From Rhynchopus sp. YZ270_cl-10 (lineage: Eukaryota): a stretch of DNA of 64,000 nucleotides. The stretch spans positions 124,001 to 188,000 of the forward strand of contig OZ037839.1 of assembly GCA_964035575.1 (NCBI GenBank). Direction: 5' to 3'. The first letter of the stretch is position 1; every line of letters starts with the position of its first letter. The notes below the pieces were generated by a model that saw only the letters and a program-made list of their open reading frames with translations, was not told the origin of the DNA and made no database searches. Below are positions 12,161 to 26,770 of the stretch, one piece after another. The position numbers were made by a program, and so were the translations under genes.

Positions 12161-14451
12161 CTACACAGTTTCGTTCACAGTACCCTCGGTCTCAAAGGCA
12201 GGTTCGGTGGGCTTCTGAGAGAAAAGTTGTGGTCGACAGTGAGTGGAAGTGTGGTGTGGGGGTGACATACTGTGTCCTCAGCCTTCGAGCCCTTGCACAA
12301 AAAGAACGCAACCACAGCAACGATGATCACCACAAACGCAGTGCACCCGAGAACAATACCAACAATCGCACCAGTGCTGAGAGTGTCATCAGAGTCGTTG
12401 TTCTCCACACACGACCCAGACGAGAGCAGGTAACCAGACTCGCATGCAAGCGCAACACAGCCTCCGTTGACAAGCACCATCTCGGTAGCCCCTGCAGCAC
12501 TGCACTTCAGAGTCGGCACCACAGAGCTTCCGACAGTCATCGGTGTTGCAAACCCAGCAGCCACTGCAGCCTCGTTCTTCTTCAGAGATCCCACAATCAG
12601 CTCAGACATGTCCTCCGTGGCCACAGTCGTGATGTCTGCATCCTCCACATCAACAACGAAGATCGTCGACCCACACGACACAACCAAGGTGTCCGTTCTG
12701 CCCTTTGTCGTCTCCTCAATGGCTGTCCGCACTGCACCCTCAATTGCACCGTTCGACTGCTCGCAGTCCACGTTCCACTCCAGACGCAGCTTCACCTTCC
12801 CCCTCTTGGTCGGCTGCACACAGATGAAGAGGGTTTCCTTCGTCTTTTTCGTCACAGGGTTCACAAACCCCGCCGACTCCGAGCACACACATTTGCTCTC
12901 AACACACGTCGCTGCGGAATCGTCGTAAGTCCTGCAGTCTGCGTCAACATCACACCAGTCAACATCCTTCACAGTCAGCGGGGCATTCGTGGTCGGCACA
13001 CTTGGAGTAGAGGTCTCTGGTGCTTGAGTGGGCACACTAGGCTTAGATGTCTCTGGTGCTTGAGTGGGCACACTAGGCTTAGATGTCTCTGGTGCTTGAG
13101 TGGGCACACTAGGCTTAGATGTCTCTGGTGCTTGAGTGGGCACCACAGTCTGTGCAGGAGGTGGCGGTGCTCTGCATTCGTACTGGAAGGCAAGGTACGA
13201 CCTCCTGTAGTAGCGACCGCTTCTGAACTGCACAAACGCAGAACCACTCACCACAAGCTCCACACCCTCGAAGCCAGTGGTGTACGACGACCAGTCATGC
13301 TCCAAGTTGAAGTTTGTGTCGTTCCCGGTCCCGGTCCCGGTCCCTGAGCTGTAGATAGACACGTAGGAAGAATAATACAACTGAATGTCAGAGAACTTCA
13401 GCACAACGTCGTAATCACACTCAATGTGCCAGCACTCCGTGTGGTAGCTGTCGTAGTTCTGAAAGCTCACGTTCCCAGTGCCTGTCAGGTCGTAGTGTTC
13501 TTCGCAGACGTAGTTCACACCAGGTGCACGTGTGTTTGGCGCAGGTGTTGGTGGTGCTGGAGTGGGCACCGCATCCGTACACACGTAGTCGAACTCAAGT
13601 CTTGACGACCCGCTCGTCAGCTTGCAACCGCTTCTGAACTGCACAAATGCAGAACCCTTCAGCACAACATCCGTGGGGCTGTCGTGTGTCATATTGTTGA
13701 ACCTCCTCTCCAAGGTGTAGTCTGTTCCATTTCCAGAATCGTTCCCTGTGTACAGGTCCAGGTAGGTAGTGCACTTCAGATGCAAGCGGGTGAACGAGAT
13801 GACAACATCCTTGTCACACTCAATGTGCCAGCACTCCCTGTGGTATGTGTCGTAGTTCTGAAAGCTCACGTGCCCAGTCTCATTGTCCCCCAGGTCGTTG
13901 TGCTCCTCACAGACGTAGTTCACACCAGGTGCACGTGTGTTTGGCACAGCTGTGGGTGGTGCTTGAGTGGGCACCACATCCGTGCACACGTAGTTGAACT
14001 CAAGCTTTGACCATCCGTTACGATAGCCTCTGAACTGCACAAATACAGAACCGTTCAGCACAACATCCATGGGACTGTCGTTAAAGTTGAACTTCTTCTC
14101 CAAGGCGAAGTCTGTTCTATTTCCAGAATCCTTCCCTGATGTGTACAGGTCCAGGTAGGCGCTGCTGTCCCGGTAATAGCCCCCCCGCAAGTAGGCTAAG
14201 TAGTGGTCCAGCTGTAAGCGGGAGAACGAGATGACAACATCCTTGTCACACTCAATGTGCCAGCACGCAACGTGGCCCCTGCTGTTGCTCTCAAAGCTCA
14301 CGTGCCCAGTCGCATTGTCCCCCAGGTCGTTGTGCTCCTCACAGACGTAGTTCACACCAGGTGCACGTGTGTCCGGCACATCAGTAGCGTACGTCATGAT
14401 GTGTAACTCCGTACTTACACACAGAAGCGCTGCCAAGCATGCGCGCAGCAT
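12161..14451 (-). CDS. CUB-like repeat type I membrane protein, paralog 2; intron 12215-12270, ~744 aa
   Basis: Intact ORF with signal peptide, 3 CUB-like domains, 33-bp stalk repeats and TM helix. Same splice signals as paralog 1. Confidence 0.9.
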
Positions 14452-14622
14452 TGTCTTTTGTTGTGTCAGCAGAATATCTGGTGTTGTGTTGTGGGGTTTA
14501 TGATCGTACTCTTAGAGGTCAAAAGAAATCAAATAAAAGCAAAAAGGGGAGAGAAGAATAAATGAGGGAGGAATCTGTATTCAATTGGCACCGTTGCTGC
14601 GAAATGCACGTGCGGGGAGGAG

Positions 14623-15643
14623 CTAGAGACCCTTCGCGGCGCTGCGCACCCTCTCGACACAGAACGTCACGTTCTCTGCACACCGCGGTATGCGTGCGGA
14701 CCCCGAGGATCTCTTCCGCCACCAAGAGTCCGCCGGCATCACCTCTGTCGAGATCCACTCCACGTGCAACGTCATCTTCGCCGCCTGCAGTCCGGAGAAG
14801 ATTCTGCGCAGGATGCCGTTGCCCAGACGAGTCTTGGTGTGTCCCTTTTGCAGGACGAGTCGCACCGCATCGTTATCGACCCACAGGAGCACGGACGGCC
14901 ACCCGCTCCTGCAGGCATACTGTAACGCCTTCTCTGCCGCCCACAGCTCTGTCTTGATGGAGTCGCAGAAATGAAACAGCTTCAGACGCGCAACGTACGT
15001 TACCCGGAAGAGGATTCCAATCGCAAGACGCCGTTAAGTTGGAGAGGGCCTTCCTCTTCCATGCCTCCGGGAAACGAAACACAGCACACGGAACGTCCCA
15101 CTCCAGTCCGATGTACGACACACGCTGCGCCGGAGCCTGCATGACCATGGCTTCGTTGACCTCACCCTTGCAGTACGCAATCCTGTATCGCACCGATCAC
15201 GATGAGGTCGTCCAGGCACACCGCAGATCCCAAGGCAAAAGCAACTCCCCTAGAAACACCTCCACGTGTTCTGCGCAATCAACGGGAGACAGCTTTGGAG
15301 GCTTCGGCAGTCGGGTGTTCACCGGCCTTCCATCCACGACAAGCCGCCTTACCAGCGGGTCAGCCTTAGGTACGTCGAATATTGCAACGACTCCCCTCTT
15401 TCTGTCACACTCACGGACACGTTCCATCACCCTCGAGGTAAGAGCTTCTGAATACGTCTTGTGGTGCACCACTTCAGAAAACCCCCTCTCTTTAGGCTGC
15501 CGGCCAACCTGCGGACGTTCTCCAGACACAACGTACCATTTGTGAAATCGTCTGCTATTGCAACGTATCGAGGATGAGGACGTTACGATGCTGTTGACAA
15601 CTGACGTGCCATCTGCACCGTGTCTCCTACTCCCAAGCCCCAA
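14623..15643 (-). mobile_element. DIRS-type RT/RNase H remnant, variant B (unit 1)
   Basis: RT N-terminal motifs IFDVPKADPLVRRLVVDGRPVN...WDLRCAW, then SYIGLEWD and the RNase H C-half. Internal deletions remove the YxDD core and the SDAS motif. Confidence 0.8.
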
Positions 15644-17030
15644 GCAGCGACAGAGGAGGCAGAAGCAGCAACATCGCAGACAAAGAGAGGGTCGTGGCGG
15701 AGAAGTCTGTGCTCGCCTTCACTCCGGTGAGAACGGCACCACCTGCACAGAGAGTCAAGAAGACAGAAGTGGACAAGGTGACTGAGGCGGACAGCACGAA
15801 CAGGAGGAGGAGGGGGAAGAGAGAAGGAGAGGGGGTAAATAGTCGCCCACCCCCTGTTTTATGTTTTGTGTTTTGTTAATGCACAATTCAAATACCACTC
15901 CTTGTGGGGTGCTTCTTTGTTGCCTTTTGGAAGGAATCTATTTTCCATCCCATGGTATTGTATTGCGCTTCCTGACGTTGCCTCAACTCCACCAAAATAT
16001 TAGGCAAAAATCCAGTGGTGGACTCCCAAAGAGAAGGGCTTGAAATACAACAAGAACAATGAAACAATGAATGAAATACAACAAGAATTTAAGTCGGCCC
16101 GGGAGTTATTTTATGGGGAAAATGTAATTGAAAACCCCGCAAAACCCGTATTTTGTGCCAACAATAAATCCCCGATGGGTTATTTCGAAAAAATTAATTT
16201 GATATACTGGGTGATCTACGAACGGGGGAGAGATTTTTTCACCAGCTCTCAGTAGCGTCTCGCAGGCTCTCACAGCTCACAGACTCTGAGAGCTTGTTAG
16301 AGCCAGTGAAAAAATCTCTCCCCGTTCAAATGGATCACACACCCAGAAAAAAAAGTCAAAACCAGAGTCAACAGAAAAAAAAAGTGAAGTTATTAATGCA
16401 GGCACCTCCGACTGACCCACGTACGATGCCAGCCATCCGGATGAAAGCACAAAGTACCCTGCGGCCAACAACAGAAGATGTAAAAAGGAACCCTAAGTAG
16501 ACCTACCCGTACCGTAAGAGAACGACGGAGGCACATAACCGCTCGTCAGCGGGCGGCCCACCTTCCGTTAAAGAGTTGTGAGCTTACAGGTACTGCAGTT
16601 CGCTGCACCCAACGCTTGGTGCACGATAGTCTACAGTCAAAAAATATCTCCCCGTTCAAATGGATCCCACCCAGAAAAAAAAGTCAAAACCAGAGTCAAC
16701 AGAGAAATAAAAAAAAACAAAAGAGGATAAACGACTCCGGAAGTCAACTCAGGGCCACTACACCACGTTTTGAAATACCGCATTTCCACTTTTCTTTGAA
16801 AACTGATATGTTTACAAACAAGAGCCAAAAAGACAAGGAAAGAAAGTGAAAAAAAGTCCTGAAGTACAGAAGGTGATGTGAGAAGGGAGGAGCACAAATG
16901 AGGGTGAAAACAGTTAGAGCGACCGTAGCATTTCCCTTGTCAACTTCGGCACCGCTTAGTCACCTTGACCATCATCGGTATCGCACAGCCTCAGGAAATA
17001 AAACTTGATTATCTCGTCAAGCGAGAGAGA

Positions 17031-19321
17031 CTACACAGTTTCGTTCACAGTACCCTCGGTCTCAAAGGCAGGTTCGGTGGGCTTCTGAGAGAAAAGTTGT
17101 GGTCGACAGTGAGTGGAAGTGTGGTGTGGGGGTGACATACTGTGTCCTCAGCCTTCGAGCCCTTGCACAAAAAGAACGCAACCACAGCAACGATGATCAC
17201 CACAAACGCAGTGCACCCGAGAACAATACCAACAATCGCACCAGTGCTGAGAGTGTCATCAGAGTCGTTGTTCTCCACACACGACCCAGACGAGAGCAGG
17301 TAACCAGACTCGCATGCAAGCGCAACACAGCCTCCGTTGACAAGCACCATCTCGGTAGCCCCTGCAGCACTGCACTTCAGAGTCGGCACCACAGAGCTTC
17401 CGACAGTCATCGGTGTTGCAAACCCAGCAGCCACTGCAGCCTCGTTCTTCTTCAGAGATCCCACAATCAGCTCAGACATGTCCTCCGTGGCCACAGTCGT
17501 GATGTCTGCATCCTCCACATCAACAACGAAGATCGTCGACCCACACGACACAACCAAGGTGTCCGTTCTGCCCTTTGTCGTCTCCTCAATGGCTGTCCGC
17601 ACTGCACCCTCAATTGCACCGTTCGACTGCTCGCAGTCCACGTTCCACTCCAGACGCAGCTTCACCTTCCCCCTCTTGGTCGGCTGCACACAGATGAAGA
17701 GGGTTTCCTTCGTCTTTTTCGTCACAGGGTTCACAAACCCCGCCGACTCCGAGCACACACATTTGCTCTCAACACACGTCGCTGCGGAATCGTCGTAAGT
17801 CCTGCAGTCTGCGTCAACATCACACCAGTCAACATCCTTCACAGTCAGCGGGGCATTCGTGGTCGGCACACTTGGAGTAGAGGTCTCTGGTGCTTGAGTG
17901 GGCACACTAGGCTTAGATGTCTCTGGTGCTTGAGTGGGCACACTAGGCTTAGATGTCTCTGGTGCTTGAGTGGGCACACTAGGCTTAGATGTCTCTGGTG
18001 CTTGAGTGGGCACCACAGTCTGTGCAGGAGGTGGCGGTGCTCTGCATTCGTACTGGAAGGCAAGGTACGACCTCCTGTAGTAGCGACCGCTTCTGAACTG
18101 CACAAACGCAGAACCACTCACCACAAGCTCCACACCCTCGAAGCCAGTGGTGTACGACGACCAGTCATGCTCCAAGTTGAAGTTTGTGTCGTTCCCGGTC
18201 CCGGTCCCGGTCCCTGAGCTGTAGATAGACACGTAGGAAGAATAATACAACTGAATGTCAGAGAACTTCAGCACAACGTCGTAATCACACTCAATGTGCC
18301 AGCACTCCGTGTGGTAGCTGTCGTAGTTCTGAAAGCTCACGTTCCCAGTGCCTGTCAGGTCGTAGTGTTCTTCGCAGACGTAGTTCACACCAGGTGCACG
18401 TGTGTTTGGCGCAGGTGTTGGTGGTGCTGGAGTGGGCACCGCATCCGTACACACGTAGTCGAACTCAAGTCTTGACGACCCGCTCGTCAGCTTGCAACCG
18501 CTTCTGAACTGCACAAATGCAGAACCCTTCAGCACAACATCCGTGGGGCTGTCGTGTGTCATATTGTTGAACCTCCTCTCCAAGGTGTAGTCTGTTCCAT
18601 TTCCAGAATCGTTCCCTGTGTACAGGTCCAGGTAGGTAGTGCACTTCAGATGCAAGCGGGTGAACGAGATGACAACATCCTTGTCACACTCAATGTGCCA
18701 GCACTCCCTGTGGTATGTGTCGTAGTTCTGAAAGCTCACGTGCCCAGTCTCATTGTCCCCCAGGTCGTTGTGCTCCTCACAGACGTAGTTCACACCAGGT
18801 GCACGTGTGTTTGGCACAGCTGTGGGTGGTGCTTGAGTGGGCACCACATCCGTGCACACGTAGTTGAACTCAAGCTTTGACCATCCGTTACGATAGCCTC
18901 TGAACTGCACAAATACAGAACCGTTCAGCACAACATCCATGGGACTGTCGTTAAAGTTGAACTTCTTCTCCAAGGCGAAGTCTGTTCTATTTCCAGAATC
19001 CTTCCCTGATGTGTACAGGTCCAGGTAGGCGCTGCTGTCCCGGTAATAGCCCCCCCGCAAGTAGGCTAAGTAGTGGTCCAGCTGTAAGCGGGAGAACGAG
19101 ATGACAACATCCTTGTCACACTCAATGTGCCAGCACGCAACGTGGCCCCTGCTGTTGCTCTCAAAGCTCACGTGCCCAGTCGCATTGTCCCCCAGGTCGT
19201 TGTGCTCCTCACAGACGTAGTTCACACCAGGTGCACGTGTGTCCGGCACATCAGTAGCGTACGTCATGATGTGTAACTCCGTACTTACACACAGAAGCGC
19301 TGCCAAGCATGCGCGCAGCAT
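17031..19321 (-). CDS. CUB-like membrane protein, paralog 3 (identical to 2); intron 17085-17140
   Basis: Identical translation at +4870. Confidence 0.88.
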
Positions 19322-19492
19322 TGTCTTTTGTTGTGTCAGCAGAATATCTGGTGTTGTGTTGTGGGGTTTATGATCGTACTCTTAGAGGTCAAAAGAAATC
19401 AAATAAAAGCAAAAAGGGGAGAGAAGAATAAATGAGGGAGGAATCTGTATTCAATTGGCACCGTTGCTGCGAAATGCACGTGCGGGGAGGAG

Positions 19493-20513
19493 CTAGAGAC
19501 CCTTCGCGGCGCTGCGCACCCTCTCGACACAGAACGTCACGTTCTCTGCACACCGCGGTATGCGTGCGGACCCCGAGGATCTCTTCCGCCACCAAGAGTC
19601 CGCCGGCATCACCTCTGTCGAGATCCACTCCACGTGCAACGTCATCTTCGCCGCCTGCAGTCCGGAGAAGATTCTGCGCAGGATGCCGTTGCCCAGACGA
19701 GTCTTGGTGTGTCCCTTTTGCAGGACGAGTCGCACCGCATCGTTATCGACCCACAGGAGCACGGACGGCCACCCGCTCCTGCAGGCATACTGTAACGCCT
19801 TCTCTGCCGCCCACAGCTCTGTCTTGATGGAGTCGCAGAAATGAAACAGCTTCAGACGCGCAACGTACGTTACCCGGAAGAGGATTCCAATCGCAAGACG
19901 CCGTTAAGTTGGAGAGGGCCTTCCTCTTCCATGCCTCCGGGAAACGAAACACAGCACACGGAACGTCCCACTCCAGTCCGATGTACGACACACGCTGCGC
20001 CGGAGCCTGCATGACCATGGCTTCGTTGACCTCACCCTTGCAGTACGCAATCCTGTATCGCACCGATCACGATGAGGTCGTCCAGGCACACCGCAGATCC
20101 CAAGGCAAAAGCAACTCCCCTAGAAACACCTCCACGTGTTCTGCGCAATCAACGGGAGACAGCTTTGGAGGCTTCGGCAGTCGGGTGTTCACCGGCCTTC
20201 CATCCACGACAAGCCGCCTTACCAGCGGGTCAGCCTTAGGTACGTCGAATATTGCAACGACTCCCCTCTTTCTGTCACACTCACGGACACGTTCCATCAC
20301 CCTCGAGGTAAGAGCTTCTGAATACGTCTTGTGGTGCACCACTTCAGAAAACCCCCTCTCTTTAGGCTGCCGGCCAACCTGCGGACGTTCTCCAGACACA
20401 ACGTACCATTTGTGAAATCGTCTGCTATTGCAACGTATCGAGGATGAGGACGTTACGATGCTGTTGACAACTGACGTGCCATCTGCACCGTGTCTCCTAC
20501 TCCCAAGCCCCAA
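19493..20513 (-). mobile_element. DIRS-type RT/RNase H remnant, variant B (unit 2)
   Basis: Identical ORF fragments at +4870. Confidence 0.8.
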
Positions 20514-21900
20514 GCAGCGACAGAGGAGGCAGAAGCAGCAACATCGCAGACAAAGAGAGGGTCGTGGCGGAGAAGTCTGTGCTCGCCTTCACTCCGGTGA
20601 GAACGGCACCACCTGCACAGAGAGTCAAGAAGACAGAAGTGGACAAGGTGACTGAGGCGGACAGCACGAACAGGAGGAGGAGGGGGAAGAGAGAAGGAGA
20701 GGGGGTAAATAGTCGCCCACCCCCTGTTTTATGTTTTGTGTTTTGTTAATGCACAATTCAAATACCACTCCTTGTGGGGTGCTTCTTTGTTGCCTTTTGG
20801 AAGGAATCTATTTTCCATCCCATGGTATTGTATTGCGCTTCCTGACGTTGCCTCAACTCCACCAAAATATTAGGCAAAAATCCAGTGGTGGACTCCCAAA
20901 GAGAAGGGCTTGAAATACAACAAGAACAATGAAACAATGAATGAAATACAACAAGAATTTAAGTCGGCCCGGGAGTTATTTTATGGGGAAAATGTAATTG
21001 AAAACCCCGCAAAACCCGTATTTTGTGCCAACAATAAATCCCCGATGGGTTATTTCGAAAAAATTAATTTGATATACTGGGTGATCTACGAACGGGGGAG
21101 AGATTTTTTCACCAGCTCTCAGTAGCGTCTCGCAGGCTCTCACAGCTCACAGACTCTGAGAGCTTGTTAGAGCCAGTGAAAAAATCTCTCCCCGTTCAAA
21201 TGGATCACACACCCAGAAAAAAAAGTCAAAACCAGAGTCAACAGAAAAAAAAAGTGAAGTTATTAATGCAGGCACCTCCGACTGACCCACGTACGATGCC
21301 AGCCATCCGGATGAAAGCACAAAGTACCCTGCGGCCAACAACAGAAGATGTAAAAAGGAACCCTAAGTAGACCTACCCGTACCGTAAGAGAACGACGGAG
21401 GCACATAACCGCTCGTCAGCGGGCGGCCCACCTTCCGTTAAAGAGTTGTGAGCTTACAGGTACTGCAGTTCGCTGCACCCAACGCTTGGTGCACGATAGT
21501 CTACAGTCAAAAAATATCTCCCCGTTCAAATGGATCCCACCCAGAAAAAAAAGTCAAAACCAGAGTCAACAGAGAAATAAAAAAAAACAAAAGAGGATAA
21601 ACGACTCCGGAAGTCAACTCAGGGCCACTACACCACGTTTTGAAATACCGCATTTCCACTTTTCTTTGAAAACTGATATGTTTACAAACAAGAGCCAAAA
21701 AGACAAGGAAAGAAAGTGAAAAAAAGTCCTGAAGTACAGAAGGTGATGTGAGAAGGGAGGAGCACAAATGAGGGTGAAAACAGTTAGAGCGACCGTAGCA
21801 TTTCCCTTGTCAACTTCGGCACCGCTTAGTCACCTTGACCATCATCGGTATCGCACAGCCTCAGGAAATAAAACTTGATTATCTCGTCAAGCGAGAGAGA

Positions 21901-24191
21901 CTACACAGTTTCGTTCACAGTACCCTCGGTCTCAAAGGCAGGTTCGGTGGGCTTCTGAGAGAAAAGTTGTGGTCGACAGTGAGTGGAAGTGTGGTGTGGG
22001 GGTGACATACTGTGTCCTCAGCCTTCGAGCCCTTGCACAAAAAGAACGCAACCACAGCAACGATGATCACCACAAACGCAGTGCACCCGAGAACAATACC
22101 AACAATCGCACCAGTGCTGAGAGTGTCATCAGAGTCGTTGTTCTCCACACACGACCCAGACGAGAGCAGGTAACCAGACTCGCATGCAAGCGCAACACAG
22201 CCTCCGTTGACAAGCACCATCTCGGTAGCCCCTGCAGCACTGCACTTCAGAGTCGGCACCACAGAGCTTCCGACAGTCATCGGTGTTGCAAACCCAGCAG
22301 CCACTGCAGCCTCGTTCTTCTTCAGAGATCCCACAATCAGCTCAGACATGTCCTCCGTGGCCACAGTCGTGATGTCTGCATCCTCCACATCAACAACGAA
22401 GATCGTCGACCCACACGACACAACCAAGGTGTCCGTTCTGCCCTTTGTCGTCTCCTCAATGGCTGTCCGCACTGCACCCTCAATTGCACCGTTCGACTGC
22501 TCGCAGTCCACGTTCCACTCCAGACGCAGCTTCACCTTCCCCCTCTTGGTCGGCTGCACACAGATGAAGAGGGTTTCCTTCGTCTTTTTCGTCACAGGGT
22601 TCACAAACCCCGCCGACTCCGAGCACACACATTTGCTCTCAACACACGTCGCTGCGGAATCGTCGTAAGTCCTGCAGTCTGCGTCAACATCACACCAGTC
22701 AACATCCTTCACAGTCAGCGGGGCATTCGTGGTCGGCACACTTGGAGTAGAGGTCTCTGGTGCTTGAGTGGGCACACTAGGCTTAGATGTCTCTGGTGCT
22801 TGAGTGGGCACACTAGGCTTAGATGTCTCTGGTGCTTGAGTGGGCACACTAGGCTTAGATGTCTCTGGTGCTTGAGTGGGCACCACAGTCTGTGCAGGAG
22901 GTGGCGGTGCTCTGCATTCGTACTGGAAGGCAAGGTACGACCTCCTGTAGTAGCGACCGCTTCTGAACTGCACAAACGCAGAACCACTCACCACAAGCTC
23001 CACACCCTCGAAGCCAGTGGTGTACGACGACCAGTCATGCTCCAAGTTGAAGTTTGTGTCGTTCCCGGTCCCGGTCCCGGTCCCTGAGCTGTAGATAGAC
23101 ACGTAGGAAGAATAATACAACTGAATGTCAGAGAACTTCAGCACAACGTCGTAATCACACTCAATGTGCCAGCACTCCGTGTGGTAGCTGTCGTAGTTCT
23201 GAAAGCTCACGTTCCCAGTGCCTGTCAGGTCGTAGTGTTCTTCGCAGACGTAGTTCACACCAGGTGCACGTGTGTTTGGCGCAGGTGTTGGTGGTGCTGG
23301 AGTGGGCACCGCATCCGTACACACGTAGTCGAACTCAAGTCTTGACGACCCGCTCGTCAGCTTGCAACCGCTTCTGAACTGCACAAATGCAGAACCCTTC
23401 AGCACAACATCCGTGGGGCTGTCGTGTGTCATATTGTTGAACCTCCTCTCCAAGGTGTAGTCTGTTCCATTTCCAGAATCGTTCCCTGTGTACAGGTCCA
23501 GGTAGGTAGTGCACTTCAGATGCAAGCGGGTGAACGAGATGACAACATCCTTGTCACACTCAATGTGCCAGCACTCCCTGTGGTATGTGTCGTAGTTCTG
23601 AAAGCTCACGTGCCCAGTCTCATTGTCCCCCAGGTCGTTGTGCTCCTCACAGACGTAGTTCACACCAGGTGCACGTGTGTTTGGCACAGCTGTGGGTGGT
23701 GCTTGAGTGGGCACCACATCCGTGCACACGTAGTTGAACTCAAGCTTTGACCATCCGTTACGATAGCCTCTGAACTGCACAAATACAGAACCGTTCAGCA
23801 CAACATCCATGGGACTGTCGTTAAAGTTGAACTTCTTCTCCAAGGCGAAGTCTGTTCTATTTCCAGAATCCTTCCCTGATGTGTACAGGTCCAGGTAGGC
23901 GCTGCTGTCCCGGTAATAGCCCCCCCGCAAGTAGGCTAAGTAGTGGTCCAGCTGTAAGCGGGAGAACGAGATGACAACATCCTTGTCACACTCAATGTGC
24001 CAGCACGCAACGTGGCCCCTGCTGTTGCTCTCAAAGCTCACGTGCCCAGTCGCATTGTCCCCCAGGTCGTTGTGCTCCTCACAGACGTAGTTCACACCAG
24101 GTGCACGTGTGTCCGGCACATCAGTAGCGTACGTCATGATGTGTAACTCCGTACTTACACACAGAAGCGCTGCCAAGCATGCGCGCAGCAT
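21901..24191 (-). CDS. CUB-like membrane protein, paralog 4 (identical to 2); intron 21955-22010
   Basis: Identical translation at +9740. Confidence 0.88.
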
Positions 24192-24362
24192 TGTCTTTTG
24201 TTGTGTCAGCAGAATATCTGGTGTTGTGTTGTGGGGTTTATGATCGTACTCTTAGAGGTCAAAAGAAATCAAATAAAAGCAAAAAGGGGAGAGAAGAATA
24301 AATGAGGGAGGAATCTGTATTCAATTGGCACCGTTGCTGCGAAATGCACGTGCGGGGAGGAG

Positions 24363-25383
24363 CTAGAGACCCTTCGCGGCGCTGCGCACCCTCTCGACAC
24401 AGAACGTCACGTTCTCTGCACACCGCGGTATGCGTGCGGACCCCGAGGATCTCTTCCGCCACCAAGAGTCCGCCGGCATCACCTCTGTCGAGATCCACTC
24501 CACGTGCAACGTCATCTTCGCCGCCTGCAGTCCGGAGAAGATTCTGCGCAGGATGCCGTTGCCCAGACGAGTCTTGGTGTGTCCCTTTTGCAGGACGAGT
24601 CGCACCGCATCGTTATCGACCCACAGGAGCACGGACGGCCACCCGCTCCTGCAGGCATACTGTAACGCCTTCTCTGCCGCCCACAGCTCTGTCTTGATGG
24701 AGTCGCAGAAATGAAACAGCTTCAGACGCGCAACGTACGTTACCCGGAAGAGGATTCCAATCGCAAGACGCCGTTAAGTTGGAGAGGGCCTTCCTCTTCC
24801 ATGCCTCCGGGAAACGAAACACAGCACACGGAACGTCCCACTCCAGTCCGATGTACGACACACGCTGCGCCGGAGCCTGCATGACCATGGCTTCGTTGAC
24901 CTCACCCTTGCAGTACGCAATCCTGTATCGCACCGATCACGATGAGGTCGTCCAGGCACACCGCAGATCCCAAGGCAAAAGCAACTCCCCTAGAAACACC
25001 TCCACGTGTTCTGCGCAATCAACGGGAGACAGCTTTGGAGGCTTCGGCAGTCGGGTGTTCACCGGCCTTCCATCCACGACAAGCCGCCTTACCAGCGGGT
25101 CAGCCTTAGGTACGTCGAATATTGCAACGACTCCCCTCTTTCTGTCACACTCACGGACACGTTCCATCACCCTCGAGGTAAGAGCTTCTGAATACGTCTT
25201 GTGGTGCACCACTTCAGAAAACCCCCTCTCTTTAGGCTGCCGGCCAACCTGCGGACGTTCTCCAGACACAACGTACCATTTGTGAAATCGTCTGCTATTG
25301 CAACGTATCGAGGATGAGGACGTTACGATGCTGTTGACAACTGACGTGCCATCTGCACCGTGTCTCCTACTCCCAAGCCCCAA
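24363..25383 (-). mobile_element. DIRS-type RT/RNase H remnant, variant B (unit 3)
   Basis: Identical ORF fragments. Confidence 0.8.
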
Positions 25384-26770
25384 GCAGCGACAGAGGAGGC
25401 AGAAGCAGCAACATCGCAGACAAAGAGAGGGTCGTGGCGGAGAAGTCTGTGCTCGCCTTCACTCCGGTGAGAACGGCACCACCTGCACAGAGAGTCAAGA
25501 AGACAGAAGTGGACAAGGTGACTGAGGCGGACAGCACGAACAGGAGGAGGAGGGGGAAGAGAGAAGGAGAGGGGGTAAATAGTCGCCCACCCCCTGTTTT
25601 ATGTTTTGTGTTTTGTTAATGCACAATTCAAATACCACTCCTTGTGGGGTGCTTCTTTGTTGCCTTTTGGAAGGAATCTATTTTCCATCCCATGGTATTG
25701 TATTGCGCTTCCTGACGTTGCCTCAACTCCACCAAAATATTAGGCAAAAATCCAGTGGTGGACTCCCAAAGAGAAGGGCTTGAAATACAACAAGAACAAT
25801 GAAACAATGAATGAAATACAACAAGAATTTAAGTCGGCCCGGGAGTTATTTTATGGGGAAAATGTAATTGAAAACCCCGCAAAACCCGTATTTTGTGCCA
25901 ACAATAAATCCCCGATGGGTTATTTCGAAAAAATTAATTTGATATACTGGGTGATCTACGAACGGGGGAGAGATTTTTTCACCAGCTCTCAGTAGCGTCT
26001 CGCAGGCTCTCACAGCTCACAGACTCTGAGAGCTTGTTAGAGCCAGTGAAAAAATCTCTCCCCGTTCAAATGGATCACACACCCAGAAAAAAAAGTCAAA
26101 ACCAGAGTCAACAGAAAAAAAAAGTGAAGTTATTAATGCAGGCACCTCCGACTGACCCACGTACGATGCCAGCCATCCGGATGAAAGCACAAAGTACCCT
26201 GCGGCCAACAACAGAAGATGTAAAAAGGAACCCTAAGTAGACCTACCCGTACCGTAAGAGAACGACGGAGGCACATAACCGCTCGTCAGCGGGCGGCCCA
26301 CCTTCCGTTAAAGAGTTGTGAGCTTACAGGTACTGCAGTTCGCTGCACCCAACGCTTGGTGCACGATAGTCTACAGTCAAAAAATATCTCCCCGTTCAAA
26401 TGGATCCCACCCAGAAAAAAAAGTCAAAACCAGAGTCAACAGAGAAATAAAAAAAAACAAAAGAGGATAAACGACTCCGGAAGTCAACTCAGGGCCACTA
26501 CACCACGTTTTGAAATACCGCATTTCCACTTTTCTTTGAAAACTGATATGTTTACAAACAAGAGCCAAAAAGACAAGGAAAGAAAGTGAAAAAAAGTCCT
26601 GAAGTACAGAAGGTGATGTGAGAAGGGAGGAGCACAAATGAGGGTGAAAACAGTTAGAGCGACCGTAGCATTTCCCTTGTCAACTTCGGCACCGCTTAGT
26701 CACCTTGACCATCATCGGTATCGCACAGCCTCAGGAAATAAAACTTGATTATCTCGTCAAGCGAGAGAGA

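Noticed and set aside
13000..13145. 33-bp repeats as a CRISPR-like array
   Set aside because: In-frame coding repeats (VPTQAPETSKPS-type stalk) without spacers or cas genes.
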